DNA of 64,000 bases from Candidatus Limnocylindrales bacterium (GCA_035526025.1 DATLDE010000011.1:121056-185055); one strand, 5' to 3'; positions 12,029 to 22,508 are shown, counted from the first letter of the stretch. A program made the numbers and translations. Notes: generated by a model not told the origin, from the sequence alone.

Positions 12029-12874
12029 ATGAGAATTGACGGTAAAGAAATAGCAGAAAAAATATTTGAAAATCTCAAAGATAGGGTAGGGGAGTTAGAG
12101 AAAAAAAACGTAGTTCCTCATCTTGCAGTTATTTTAGTTGGTGCAAATCCCGCATCAGTTGCATATGTTACTCTCAAACAAAAAAAGGGTGAGGCGATCG
12201 GCGCGAAAGTATCATTGATCAGATATGAAACCGATGTTACGACAGTAAAGTTGGCAGATAAAGTTGAGGAGCTAAACAATGACCCTACAGTCCATGGAAT
12301 TCTTATCCAGCGTCCTTTACCTCCGCAAATTGACGTAGAAAAACTTGAGCTCCTTACTGATCCGGAAAAAGACGTAGATGGCTTTCATCCCGATTCTCCA
12401 TACACACTTCCTCTTCCGCTTGCTGTTGTAAAAATTCTAGAAGAAATCTGTGTTCTTAAAAGTGAAAAAATAAACTTTAATACGTGGTTAAAATCAAAAA
12501 ATATTGTCGTATTGGGCAAAGGCCCAACAGGTGGCGGACCTATCATTAAGTTACTAAAAAAGCTTGGGACCCATCCACAAGTTATTGATAGCAAAACTGA
12601 GGACCGAGAAGAATTAATGAAAACAGCAGATATAATAATTGGGTCTGTTGGTCGGGAAAATGTGATACTTCCTGAAAATATCAAAAAGGGAGTGATTTTA
12701 ATTGGTGTAGGAATTCTAAAAGGAAATGACGGTAAATTGAAGGGGGATTATGATCCTGAAAAAATAAAAGACGTTGCAGGATATTATACTCCAACACCAG
12801 GCGGTGTAGGACCCGTAAATGTCGCAATGCTAATGGTAAATCTTATTAAAGCAGCAGAAAAACAAACCAAATGA
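12029..12874 (+). CDS. folD: Bifunctional methylenetetrahydrofolate dehydrogenase/cyclohydrolase
   Basis: Motifs LAVILVG, DPTVHGILIQRPLP and KDVDGFHP. Confidence 0.9.
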   Translation: MRIDGKEIAEKIFENLKDRVGELEKKNVVPHLAVILVGANPASVAYVTLKQKKGEAIGAKVSLIRYETDVTTVKLADKVEELNNDPTVHGILIQRPLPPQIDVEKLELLTDPEKDVDGFHPDSPYTLPLPLAVVKILEEICVLKSEKINFNTWLKSKNIVVLGKGPTGGGPIIKLLKKLGTHPQVIDSKTEDREELMKTADIIIGSVGRENVILPENIKKGVILIGVGILKGNDGKLKGDYDPEKIKDVAGYYTPTPGGVGPVNVAMLMVNLIKAAEKQTK

Positions 12875-13758
12875 AAATACCTCATTTTTTTAAAGCCAAA
12901 TCAAGACTCGGTCTCATAAACCCTCCAATTAGGCATGAGAAAATAAATCGAGGAGTTGAGGATGCACCTGATTATATTTTATCAGAGAACTTTTTGAGAA
13001 CTATTCCTGAAAAAATAATTGATGAATTCACTTTTTCCAAACCTGAGGAAGTAGAAAGGCAAACATACTATTCTATCCTTTCCAAGGAATTAAAAAATTT
13101 TACTGATCTCATAAACACAACTATTATGCCAGGTCAGACCCAGATTGTAATCGGAGGAGATAACTCTGTAACTTTCTCATCTCTTCTTGCAGTAATAAAT
13201 AGAACCCGCGATATCGCAACAATTGGTTACTTACAGTTTGACAGTCACGGGGAAATGCATTTGTTTTCAACAAGCGTATCGAAGAATTTTCATGGTATGT
13301 ATATGAGACCGTTTTTTGACAAATTTGATGTAGTGGAAATTGAAAACCTAATCCCAAACAAATTAAAACTAAATCAAGCCCTTACAATAGGCGATATAAT
13401 TTTTGAAGAAAATCTGCCAAATGGTGAAGCTGCATTTCACAAAAACATAAGAAATATCAATCGTGAAGAGTATCTCAACAATAAAGCAAGTAATTTATCT
13501 GAAATTCAAAATTTTATTACAAATTGCGAGCATTTGCATGTTAACTTTGATATTGATGTTTTTAAAGCCGAATCAGTTGGGCCGAGCGGGATGGGGGATG
13601 AAGGGAAATGGATCTGGGAAGACACCCTTCCTATTATTGATTTGATCAGATTGAAAGAGAATATTTCACTTGATATCGTAGAAATTAATCCCAAAATAAC
13701 TGGAGCTGAAAGAACTGTCAAGACAGCTCAGGAAATAATTGCATTAATCCTGAGGTAA
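12871..13758 (+). CDS. Arginase/agmatinase/formiminoglutamase-fold protein with non-canonical metal-ligand residues
   Basis: GGDNS (canonical GGDHS), FDSHGE (canonical DAHxD) and NFDIDVFK (canonical SxDxDxxD). Two Mn ligands are substituted, His to Asn and Asp to Lys. Confidence 0.55.
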   Translation: MKIPHFFKAKSRLGLINPPIRHEKINRGVEDAPDYILSENFLRTIPEKIIDEFTFSKPEEVERQTYYSILSKELKNFTDLINTTIMPGQTQIVIGGDNSVTFSSLLAVINRTRDIATIGYLQFDSHGEMHLFSTSVSKNFHGMYMRPFFDKFDVVEIENLIPNKLKLNQALTIGDIIFEENLPNGEAAFHKNIRNINREEYLNNKASNLSEIQNFITNCEHLHVNFDIDVFKAESVGPSGMGDEGKWIWEDTLPIIDLIRLKENISLDIVEINPKITGAERTVKTAQEIIALILR

Positions 13759-13802
13759 TTTAGGACATTGACCAAACAGTATTTCTTTGCTAGTATGTAA
13801 TA

Positions 13803-13847
13803 CCAGAACCGTTGTTCTCACCTGAGATAACAAGTTCTGGATTTTTT
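13803..13847 (+). terminator. Hairpin plus U-tract immediately upstream of the pyrB ATG (terminator or attenuator)
   Basis: CCAGAAC-cg-TTGTT, a 12-nt loop, AACAA-GTTCTGG, then a T6 run; the ATG follows at 13848. A candidate promoter TTGACC (13768-13773), 17-nt spacer, TAGTAT (13791-13796) lies just upstream. Confidence 0.5.
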
Positions 13848-14819
13848 ATGACTAATTCCCATAAAGACACGATAAACGGCAACTTCAAAGATAAAGATAT
13901 CCTCTCGCTTGATCAATTCACACCAACTGACCTTGAAACACTTTTCAAACTCACTTCAAAAATGAAGAAGATAGCGGTTAAGGCTGAGCCCTCATCTATT
14001 CTTGCGGGGAAAATAGTGGTTCTTCTTTTTTACGAGCCATCAAGTAGGACACTTGCATCGTTTTCTGCAGCTGTCAAACAACTGGGGGGCCAAACAGTCG
14101 TGATTCGGGATCCTCATAACTTTTCATCTGTTTCAAAAGGAGAAACATTTGAAGATACAGTAAGAACATTTGAAGCTTACAGTGACGCAATTGTACTTCG
14201 TCACCCCCAAGTAGGAGCCGCTCAAAATGCTGCCGATACCGCGGCTTTTGTACCTGTAATAAATGCAGGGGATGGCATTGGGGAACATCCTACACAAGCA
14301 CTCCTGGACACATACACAATTTATGAAAAGTTTGGAAGACTAAATAATCTTACCGGAATCTTAGCAGGAGATATGCTTAACGGAAGGACAATTAAATCCT
14401 TAATCCGGGCGCTCTCCCTGTATGAAAATAATACTTTTTACTTACTCTCTCCTAAAGAACTACAACTTTCAAGGGAAGAGTTTGAAAATTTAAAAAAAGG
14501 CGGAATCAAACTAATTGAGATTTTTAATGAGGCAGAAATGCCCAAAAATGTTGATTATTGGTATTGGACAAGGGTTCAAAAAGAAAGGTTTAAATCAGAT
14601 GAAGAATATCAAAAAGTAAAAAATAAATTTGTTGTTACGACCAAACTTGTCAAAGAGCGGGCAGGCAAAGATACTATTATCATGCATCCTCTTCCCAGAG
14701 TTGGGGAAATTGAAACAACAGTAGATTCTGATCCAAGAGCTGTATATCTTAGATCTCAAATCAGAAACGGAATGTATGTAAGAATGGCATTACTTGCGCT
14801 CATTCTGGGGAAAGCTTAA
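13848..14819 (+). CDS. pyrB: Aspartate carbamoyltransferase catalytic subunit
   Basis: EPSSRT (carbamoyl-phosphate binding), HPTQALLD and HPLP motifs. The start is an ATG at 13848; the track start at 13812 is a TTG. Confidence 0.9.
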   Translation: MTNSHKDTINGNFKDKDILSLDQFTPTDLETLFKLTSKMKKIAVKAEPSSILAGKIVVLLFYEPSSRTLASFSAAVKQLGGQTVVIRDPHNFSSVSKGETFEDTVRTFEAYSDAIVLRHPQVGAAQNAADTAAFVPVINAGDGIGEHPTQALLDTYTIYEKFGRLNNLTGILAGDMLNGRTIKSLIRALSLYENNTFYLLSPKELQLSREEFENLKKGGIKLIEIFNEAEMPKNVDYWYWTRVQKERFKSDEEYQKVKNKFVVTTKLVKERAGKDTIIMHPLPRVGEIETTVDSDPRAVYLRSQIRNGMYVRMALLALILGKA

Positions 14820-14821
14820 TT

Positions 14822-15883
14822 ATGGTTGGAAAATTGATTTTAGAAGATGGTACAGAAATATCAGGCACCTCATTTGGTCATTTAGAAGGAGTTTCAGGAG
14901 AAGTGGTTTTTGCAACAGGAATGACGGGATATCCCCAGGCTTTTACAGATCCATCATTTTACGGGCAAATCCTTGTCATGACTTATCCTTTGGTTGGAAA
15001 TTATGGAGTTCCAGATAAGAAATTATGGGAATCAAACAAATTGCAAATTTCAGGTCTGATCGTTTCTGATTACATAAATACACCATCTCATTTCGAAAGC
15101 AAAAATACTCTTTCTGAATGGCTCATAAAAGAAAAAGTTCCGGCACTGGAAATAAAAGATACACGTTTTTTGACACAATATCTCAGGAACAAAGGAACAA
15201 TGCTTGGGAAAATAAAATTTGGAAAGCCAGTAGAGGATTTTGATCCAAATTCAATTAATCTTGTTGAAAAAGTCTCACTTAAAAAAGTTTCCAAAAGTGG
15301 AAATGGCAACCCAACGGCCTCCTCAGGGCGGGGAAAAACAATAGTTCTCATCGATTGTGGGGCAAAAAGAAATATCACGCGTTGTTTTTTGGAAAGAGGT
15401 GTTAAGGTTATTACTGTTCCATGGGATTTTGATCCATTTGCAAAAGGAGTAGGCTTTGACTTTGACGCGCTTTTTGTATCAAACGGGCCAGGCGATCCTA
15501 AAAAAGTCACCAAAACCATCGCAACTATCAAAAAATCCCTGGAAAATAAAATCCCTACTCTTGGAATTTGTCTGGGAAATCAATTACTTGCACTGGCAGC
15601 AGGGGGAGATACTTACAAGTTGAAATACGGACATAGAAGTCAAAATCAACCATGTCTCCTTGAAAAAAGCAACAGATGCTATATAACAACTCAAAATCAC
15701 GGATTTGCAATTGGAGAAATACCCGGAGATTTTAATCCCTGGTTCGTGAATGCAAATGACCAAAGCATCGAGGGAATAATTCATAAAAGCCTTCCATTTA
15801 TGTCAGTTCAATTTCACCCTGAAGCAACACCAGGACCAAAAGATACAGAATGGATATTTGATTACTTTCTAGAAAAATTATGA
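14822..15883 (+). CDS. carA: Carbamoyl-phosphate synthase small (glutaminase) subunit
   Basis: CarA N-terminal domain plus a class-I glutamine amidotransferase domain with catalytic Cys in GICLGNQ. Confidence 0.95.
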   Translation: MVGKLILEDGTEISGTSFGHLEGVSGEVVFATGMTGYPQAFTDPSFYGQILVMTYPLVGNYGVPDKKLWESNKLQISGLIVSDYINTPSHFESKNTLSEWLIKEKVPALEIKDTRFLTQYLRNKGTMLGKIKFGKPVEDFDPNSINLVEKVSLKKVSKSGNGNPTASSGRGKTIVLIDCGAKRNITRCFLERGVKVITVPWDFDPFAKGVGFDFDALFVSNGPGDPKKVTKTIATIKKSLENKIPTLGICLGNQLLALAAGGDTYKLKYGHRSQNQPCLLEKSNRCYITTQNHGFAIGEIPGDFNPWFVNANDQSIEGIIHKSLPFMSVQFHPEATPGPKDTEWIFDYFLEKL

Positions 15884-18800
15884 CCCTTCGGCATGCTCAG
15901 GGTAAAAAATATTTAAGTATGAAAAAAAATAACAAGAACATTAAAAAAGTTTTAATTTTAGGCTCCGGTGCCCTAAAGATCGGTGAGGCAGGAGAATTTG
16001 ATTATTCAGGATCTCAGGCAATTAAGGTACTTAAAGAAGAAGGCATTAAAACAATTCTTGTAAATCCCAATATCGCAACAATCCAGACATCAAAAGAAAT
16101 GGCAGATGAAGTATATTTCTTACCTATAAATGCAAAATTTGTCGAAGAGATAATAAAAAAGGAAAAACCAGATGGAATATTTTTGTCTTTTGGTGGACAG
16201 ACAGCCCTTAACTGTGGAATAGAACTTTTCAACAAAGGAATTCTTAAAAAGAATAATGTTCAAATTCTGGGCACTCCAATAAGCGCAATCATCCTGACAG
16301 AAGACCGTGAAAAATTTTCAGCACATCTTAATAAAATAAACATCCCGACTCCCATTTCTGAGGCTGCAACCACATTAAAAGGTGCGTTAAAAATCGCCCA
16401 AAAAATTGGATATCCCGTGATGCTTCGTGCTGGATTTGCTCTTGGAGGGCAGGGAAGTGGAATAGCCAGCAACCCGAGTCAGCTCAAATCTATTGCTGAA
16501 AGAGCATTAGCATTTTCTCCACAAATTCTCGTCGAGCGATATCTTCATCATTATAAAGAAATTGAGTATGAGGTCGTGAGAGATAAAAAGGATAATTGTA
16601 TAACAGTTTGCAACATGGAAAATATGGACCCATTGGGTATTCATACTGGGGATTCAATAGTCGTTGCACCAAGTCAGACACTCAACAACGAAGAATATCA
16701 TGAGCTACGACGTGCATCAATTGATATTGTCAGGAGTCTTGGAATAGTGGGGGAATGCAATGTTCAGTTTGCCCTCAATCCTAGAAAGCTTGAATACTTT
16801 GTGATCGAAGTAAACGCACGCCTCTCAAGAAGTTCAGCGCTTGCCAGCAAGGCAACAGGGTATCCTCTTGCTTATATAGCGGCCAAATTGGCACTCGGAT
16901 ACGATCTAACCAACACAAAAAATAAAGTAACGGGCGTTACATCAGCTTGTTTCGAACCAGCTCTTGATTATGTGGTTATCAAAATACCACGTTTTGACAT
17001 GGATAAATTTAAAGGTGCAGACAACCAGCTGGGCAGTAGCATGAAATCAGTTGGAGAAGTAATGGGAATTGGTAGAACATTTGAGGAAGGATATCAAAAA
17101 GCGATTAGAATGCTGGACATGGATTATGAAAGTGCGACTGATGAGAAAATATTTCAGAAAAAAAGTGCGATAATTGAAAATCTTAAAAATCCAACCCCCA
17201 AACGCATGTTCACAATCGCAAAAGCCCTTAAAGACAATCTAGATATCAAAAAAATTTATAAGTTAACAGGTGTTGATCCTTGGTTCCTTTATAGGATAAA
17301 AAATATTGTAGACCATGAAAAAACGCTTTCCAAAACAAAAAAGCTTGATAAAGATTTTCTTCTGGAATTAAAACAAATCGGTTTCTCTGACAAGAGAATA
17401 GGGGAGCTAGTCGGGAAAACAGGGCTTGAAATACGAAAAATTAGAAAAAGCCTAAATATCACGCCTTTTGTTCTTCAAATTGATACTCTTTCAGCTGAAT
17501 TTCCAGCTAAAACCAATTATTTATATATGACATATAATGCTTCGCACAATGACGTTGAGTCGACAGGAAATAAAAGCGTGATTGTTCTGGGATCGGGACC
17601 TTATCATATTGGCTCATCGGTTGAATTTGACTGGTGCAGCGTAAATACTGTTCAAAACCTGAAAAATTACAACATGAAATCGATTGTAATTAACTGCAAT
17701 CCCGAAACTGTTTCAACAGATTATGACCTTTCCCACAAATTATATTTTGAAGAACTTACATTTGAGAGGATTACTGATATATATGAATTTGAAAATCCTC
17801 AAGGCGTAATTGTTTCGGTCGGCGGACAAACTCCCAATAACAGAGCAAAAGCCCTGTATAAATATGGAGTAAAAATACTAGGTACCAATCCTGAAAATAT
17901 TGACAAAGCAGAAGACCGAAGTAAATTTTCAGCATTGCTTGATAAATTGAAAATCAAACAGCCCGCATGGAATGCATTCTCAACTCTACAACAAGCGGAA
18001 AAATTTGCAGAAAAAGTTGGATATCCGGTTCTCATACGACCGTCTTACGTTCTCTCAGGCAGTGCTATGAATATCTGCTTTGACAAAGATGATTTAATTA
18101 AATTCCTAAATGAAGCCGCACTAATCTCCAAAGAATACCCAGTAACTGTCTCCAAATTTTTCCAGAAATCAAAAGAGGTTGAGCTTGATGCTGTCGCTCA
18201 AAATGGGGTTCTTAAAACCAGTGTAATCTCTGAACATATTGAATATGCTGGCGTACATTCAGGCGATGCTACAATTGTATTACCCGCAAAAAATATCGAT
18301 GAGCTGATGCAATCTAAGATGAAAGACATTGCCAAAAAACTATCAGAGTCACTGGACATAACAGGTCCATTCAATATCCAATTTCTAGTTCAAGGGAATG
18401 AAGCATACATTATAGAAGCCAATCTCAGAGCGTCAAGGACATTCCCATTCATTGCAAAAGTAACAGGGGTAAATCTCATTAAGCTTTTTGTTGACTCACT
18501 TTTTCAGAAAAATATCCCAACCGTTGCAATCCCCAAGCTTAAATTTACAGCAGTTAAGGTACCTCAATTCTCATTCGCACGCTTAACTGGGTCTGATCCT
18601 ATCCTAGGAGTTGAGATGGCGTCAACTGGTGAAGTTGCATGTTTTGGTGAAGATTTGGAAGAAGCGTATTTGAAGGGAATGCTATCAACAGGAAGCAGAA
18701 TTCCTGAAAAAGGTATCTTCATAAGTATTGGGGGGGATAAGAAAAAACAAGATTTTATAGAAGGCGCAAGATATGCATCGCTTCTTGGACTTCCAATCTA

Positions 18801-19107
18801 TGCAACTGAAAATACTTCAAAATTCTTAAAAGAGAATGGCATAAAGTCGACAAGGCTATACAAAATATATGATCACAAATCTCCAAATGTCATTGATCAG
18901 TTCCAAAATAAAAAAATAGACCTCGTAATCAATATTAATGAATACAAAGATACTAAAGATGCATTTAAAATAAGACGAGCTGCCGTTGACAGTAATATCC
19001 CGGTTATGACAAAAATAAAAACAGCAAAGTTATTTTTGAAAGCACTAAATGAAAAAAGGTTCATGGATCTAGAGATCAAACCTTGGAGCAGTTACTTGGG
19101 GAAGTAA
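15880..19107 (+). CDS. carB: Carbamoyl-phosphate synthase large subunit
   Basis: Duplicated ATP-grasp halves (GSGALKIGEAGEFDYSGSQA and GSGPYHIGSSVEFDWC) and an MGS-like C-terminal domain. Its ATGA start overlaps the carA stop. Confidence 0.95.
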   Translation: MTLRHAQGKKYLSMKKNNKNIKKVLILGSGALKIGEAGEFDYSGSQAIKVLKEEGIKTILVNPNIATIQTSKEMADEVYFLPINAKFVEEIIKKEKPDGIFLSFGGQTALNCGIELFNKGILKKNNVQILGTPISAIILTEDREKFSAHLNKINIPTPISEAATTLKGALKIAQKIGYPVMLRAGFALGGQGSGIASNPSQLKSIAERALAFSPQILVERYLHHYKEIEYEVVRDKKDNCITVCNMENMDPLGIHTGDSIVVAPSQTLNNEEYHELRRASIDIVRSLGIVGECNVQFALNPRKLEYFVIEVNARLSRSSALASKATGYPLAYIAAKLALGYDLTNTKNKVTGVTSACFEPALDYVVIKIPRFDMDKFKGADNQLGSSMKSVGEVMGIGRTFEEGYQKAIRMLDMDYESATDEKIFQKKSAIIENLKNPTPKRMFTIAKALKDNLDIKKIYKLTGVDPWFLYRIKNIVDHEKTLSKTKKLDKDFLLELKQIGFSDKRIGELVGKTGLEIRKIRKSLNITPFVLQIDTLSAEFPAKTNYLYMTYNASHNDVESTGNKSVIVLGSGPYHIGSSVEFDWCSVNTVQNLKNYNMKSIVINCNPETVSTDYDLSHKLYFEELTFERITDIYEFENPQGVIVSVGGQTPNNRAKALYKYGVKILGTNPENIDKAEDRSKFSALLDKLKIKQPAWNAFSTLQQAEKFAEKVGYPVLIRPSYVLSGSAMNICFDKDDLIKFLNEAALISKEYPVTVSKFFQKSKEVELDAVAQNGVLKTSVISEHIEYAGVHSGDATIVLPAKNIDELMQSKMKDIAKKLSESLDITGPFNIQFLVQGNEAYIIEANLRASRTFPFIAKVTGVNLIKLFVDSLFQKNIPTVAIPKLKFTAVKVPQFSFARLTGSDPILGVEMASTGEVACFGEDLEEAYLKGMLSTGSRIPEKGIFISIGGDKKKQDFIEGARYASLLGLPIYATENTSKFLKENGIKSTRLYKIYDHKSPNVIDQFQNKKIDLVININEYKDTKDAFKIRRAAVDSNIPVMTKIKTAKLFLKALNEKRFMDLEIKPWSSYLGK

Positions 19108-19209
19108 GAATGAAGAAGTAAGAATTAAGGGATAGTAAATAAAGTTAACATACTTTAAAATAATCCTTGATTCATAATTCGTGATTCTTAATTCTTTGCT
19201 TAAAACAAT

Positions 19210-20286
19210 ATGCTAAAACTACCAGGCCTTATCGACCCACATGTTCACCTGAGAACACCGGGTCAATCTCACAAAGAAGATTTTTATACGGGAACTTCTG
19301 CTGCGCTTGCAGGAGGTTATACCACAATAATCGATATGCCAAATAATCAAATACCCATAACAACACTTGCAGCTTTTGAAGAAAAAAAAGAAATTGCGAA
19401 AAAAGAAATAGTTTGTGATGTAGGATTCCACTTTGGGTCACTAGGTGAGAAATTTGAAGAATTTGCAAATGTTTACAAAAATGTTTTTGGTTTGAAAATA
19501 TATCTCAATCAAACCACAGGGAATTATTTTGTTGATGAAAAAGTATTTGAAAAGATATGCAAAGGATGGCCTTCTACCATTACTGATTGTAAGGCTGATC
19601 AATTTCAAAAACCTATACTAGTTCATGCAGAGGAAGATGTCCTAGAGTCCATCATTCAAATTGCACATGATACAGAACAAAAACTACATGTATGCCATGT
19701 AAGCTCGGAAAAGGAATTAAGAATTATTATGAAAGCCAAAGAGAAAAGATTTAAAATTACCTGCGGCGTAACACCACATCATTTATTTTTAACTGTTGAA
19801 GATGAAAAAAAACTTGGGAGTTTTGGAAAAATGAAACCTTCTTTAAAATCAAAAATTGATCAGGATTTCCTATGGAATAATTTATCATATATCGACATAG
19901 TCGAATCAGATCATGCCCCACACACTCTAGAAGAAAAGCAGTTAAGTAATGTACCGTTTGGGGTCCCGGGACTCGAGACAACGTTACCTTTACTCCTTAC
20001 TGCTGTGCATGATAAAAAATTAACAATTAATGATATAAGAAGACTCTGCCATGATGACGCTGCAGAGATTTTCAATATCAAAACTGATCCGCAAACCTTT
20101 ATAGAGATTGATGAAAATGAAGAATATGTTATAAAAAATGAAAATCTTTTTACCAAATGCAAATGGTCGCCTTTCCACGGTTGGAAAGTAAAAGGAAAAG
20201 TGAAAAGTGTTACAATTCGAGGAACAAAAGTTTTTGAAGATGGTAAAATAATCATAAATCCTGGATTTGGAAAAATTCTTTCATAA
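19210..20286 (+). CDS. pyrC: Dihydroorotase
   Basis: Metal ligands DPHVHLR and the DHAPH motif. The gene sits in the pyr cluster. Confidence 0.85.
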   Translation: MLKLPGLIDPHVHLRTPGQSHKEDFYTGTSAALAGGYTTIIDMPNNQIPITTLAAFEEKKEIAKKEIVCDVGFHFGSLGEKFEEFANVYKNVFGLKIYLNQTTGNYFVDEKVFEKICKGWPSTITDCKADQFQKPILVHAEEDVLESIIQIAHDTEQKLHVCHVSSEKELRIIMKAKEKRFKITCGVTPHHLFLTVEDEKKLGSFGKMKPSLKSKIDQDFLWNNLSYIDIVESDHAPHTLEEKQLSNVPFGVPGLETTLPLLLTAVHDKKLTINDIRRLCHDDAAEIFNIKTDPQTFIEIDENEEYVIKNENLFTKCKWSPFHGWKVKGKVKSVTIRGTKVFEDGKIIINPGFGKILS

Positions 20287-20320
20287 TTAAAAGTGTCAGA
20301 TATTCTGTTATGATAAACTT

Positions 20321-20755
20321 ATGATAGATTGGAAAATATTTGCGGTTCTAACTCCCTTATTTTTTGCCAGCTTTCAAAGCCTATCCAAACTACTTCCAAA
20401 AACTACTTCACCACTACTAGTAGGTGCATACACATCGCTTGCTGCGTTCTGTACGCTTTTAATTCTACACATATTGCTATCCGAAAATAAATCATTTTCT
20501 TTGGGCTCAACTAAATCAATATTAATTGTGGTAGTGATTGGCATATTGATCGGGTTGGGAAATTTTGGGATTTTTAAAGCATTTAGCCTAGGTGCTCCTC
20601 AATCTATATTTACATTAATAACGTATGTTTTGCTTATCGTATTCGGAATACTATTTGGCACACTTTTCTGGCATGAAAAAATGAGCCTACCTCAGATTTT
20701 CGGAGCGCTTATTTCAATAGCCGGAATTCTGATAATTATTTATTACAGAAAATAA
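20321..20755 (+). CDS. Small 4-TM membrane protein (single EamA-like domain)
   Basis: 144 aa with four predicted TM helices. It is embedded between pyrC and pyrD. Confidence 0.5.
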   Translation: MIDWKIFAVLTPLFFASFQSLSKLLPKTTSPLLVGAYTSLAAFCTLLILHILLSENKSFSLGSTKSILIVVVIGILIGLGNFGIFKAFSLGAPQSIFTLITYVLLIVFGILFGTLFWHEKMSLPQIFGALISIAGILIIIYYRK

Positions 20756-20758
20756 ACT

Positions 20759-21856
20759 ATGGCAAGCCTAAGTAATGCACCATTATACGACCCATTAAAA
20801 ACATTCGATGATAATTTTGATAATGGTCCATTTGGATCTCTTAATAAAACAAAGCCATCAAAGATTACGAATTCTCCGAATTATATTTTTCTTGGTAATA
20901 AAGTTAATTTTCCTTTCGGTATTGCAGCGGGATCACTTCCAACTAGCAAACATATAAAAGCAGCATTTGATATGGGATTTGATATTGCTACTTATAAAAC
21001 CCAACGTACCACAGAAATAAAAGCTAATCAATTTCCAAACGTAATTCCAATTGACGTAAAAGGAAATGTTACTTTGGATAAATCAGAAAAGGGACTAGTG
21101 ATGTTGGATAACTTTAATAAGGATTATAAAAAACTAACTATTACAAATTCATTTGGTAACCCATCCCGGGGGCCTGATTTCTGGATAAATGATGTAAGAA
21201 AGGCCTTAACACACGAGGGCGAGGGACAATTACTAGTTGTTAGTGTTTGCGGAACAATTAGAAAAAATCAAACTCAAGAGGAATACTATCAAGATTTTGC
21301 TAATGCTGCGGGTATGGCAGCAAAAGCAGGAGTCAAAGCTGTAGAGCTAAACCTTTCTTGCCCAAATGCAGCCAACGAAGGCATAATTTGCTATACGTAT
21401 GAAGCTGTTATGGACATAGTAAAGAGAACACGAAAGGCAATTGGTAATAAGAAACTTATTTTAAAATTTGGTTATTTTACCAACAACCAACAAAAGCTCT
21501 TAGAGAAAATTATTTCAGGAGTTGCTTCTTCTATAGACGCTATTTCTTTGATAAATACCATCCCCGCTGCAATTTATAAAAAAGATGGTACGCAAGCGCT
21601 CCCAGGGGAGGGGAGATTAAAATCCGGACTATGTGGGGCTGGAATAAAATGGGCAGGAATAGATATGGTAAATAGACTTGACAAACTTCGCAAAGATAAA
21701 AGTTATGCTTTTGAAATTATTGGTGTCGGGGGAGTAATGTCTCCAAAAGATTTTGAAGACTACAGGAAAGCAGGAGCAGATATAGTGATGTCTGTGACAG
21801 CAGCAATGTGGAATCCATATCTCGCACAGGAAATAAAACGAGCATATGAAATTTGA
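20759..21856 (+). CDS. pyrD: Dihydroorotate dehydrogenase, class 1A-like (catalytic Cys)
   Basis: NLSCPN active-site motif, a TIM-barrel FMN-binding pattern (GVGGV) and an N-terminal extension of about 40 aa. Confidence 0.8.
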   Translation: MASLSNAPLYDPLKTFDDNFDNGPFGSLNKTKPSKITNSPNYIFLGNKVNFPFGIAAGSLPTSKHIKAAFDMGFDIATYKTQRTTEIKANQFPNVIPIDVKGNVTLDKSEKGLVMLDNFNKDYKKLTITNSFGNPSRGPDFWINDVRKALTHEGEGQLLVVSVCGTIRKNQTQEEYYQDFANAAGMAAKAGVKAVELNLSCPNAANEGIICYTYEAVMDIVKRTRKAIGNKKLILKFGYFTNNQQKLLEKIISGVASSIDAISLINTIPAAIYKKDGTQALPGEGRLKSGLCGAGIKWAGIDMVNRLDKLRKDKSYAFEIIGVGGVMSPKDFEDYRKAGADIVMSVTAAMWNPYLAQEIKRAYEI

Positions 21857-22508
21857 TTCATTCAAGCAAAATTATATAAGTGCACTTATAAAAAGCGGAG
21901 GTATTAAAATTGCATCCGATGAAAACCATCTCTTCTCACAACGAAATGGTGGGAAATCCTGGATTTATTTTGATCATGGTGATTTAGTCTGCAATCCGGA
22001 AGGGAATAAAGCATTTGTAGATGCATTAAGAGCAATTATTGAGCCTCTTTTTCCGAAAAATAATACTGTTCTGCTTAACATTGTGTCTAGATGTAGTGCG
22101 CAAATTACAGGAGCAATAGCATACGCTTCTTCATATCCCCAAATCCCTTTACAAGCAGAGCAGACAATGAATCTAGAAAAGGGAACATTTCGGGTATTGA
22201 GATTACCCGTGATGAAAGATGTTAGAAACCTTGTAATTCCCGATGATGTATTAACTACCGGGAATACTGCAATTGAGACAATTGAAATTGTAAAAAAATA
22301 TACTGACTTAAGTAAAATGAGTCTTCACATCGTAGTCGGACTTGCACGAAAACCTGAAAATATAATTGATAAATTAAAGGAACACAGAATTACTCCGCAT
22401 TGGATAGCAACGCGGAACGATGTTCTAAATGATATTTGGCCAACTTTGACCACCATTCAAAAAGATGGCTTGGTAGCAGAATTTCCTGATTTCAAAGTCA
22501 CTAATTAA
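21846..22508 (+). CDS. Orotate phosphoribosyltransferase-like type-I PRTase
   Basis: OPRTase-like N-terminus (SQRNGGKSWIYFD) and PRPP-binding motif VIPDDVLTTGNT. This is the first of two PyrE-like genes in the cluster. Confidence 0.65.
   Translation: MKFDSFKQNYISALIKSGGIKIASDENHLFSQRNGGKSWIYFDHGDLVCNPEGNKAFVDALRAIIEPLFPKNNTVLLNIVSRCSAQITGAIAYASSYPQIPLQAEQTMNLEKGTFRVLRLPVMKDVRNLVIPDDVLTTGNTAIETIEIVKKYTDLSKMSLHIVVGLARKPENIIDKLKEHRITPHWIATRNDVLNDIWPTLTTIQKDGLVAEFPDFKVTN

Noticed and set aside
14794-15018. 74-aa ORF overlapping the pyrB end and carA start
   Set aside because: The alternative frame runs over two well-supported genes and is Arg/Ser-rich junk.
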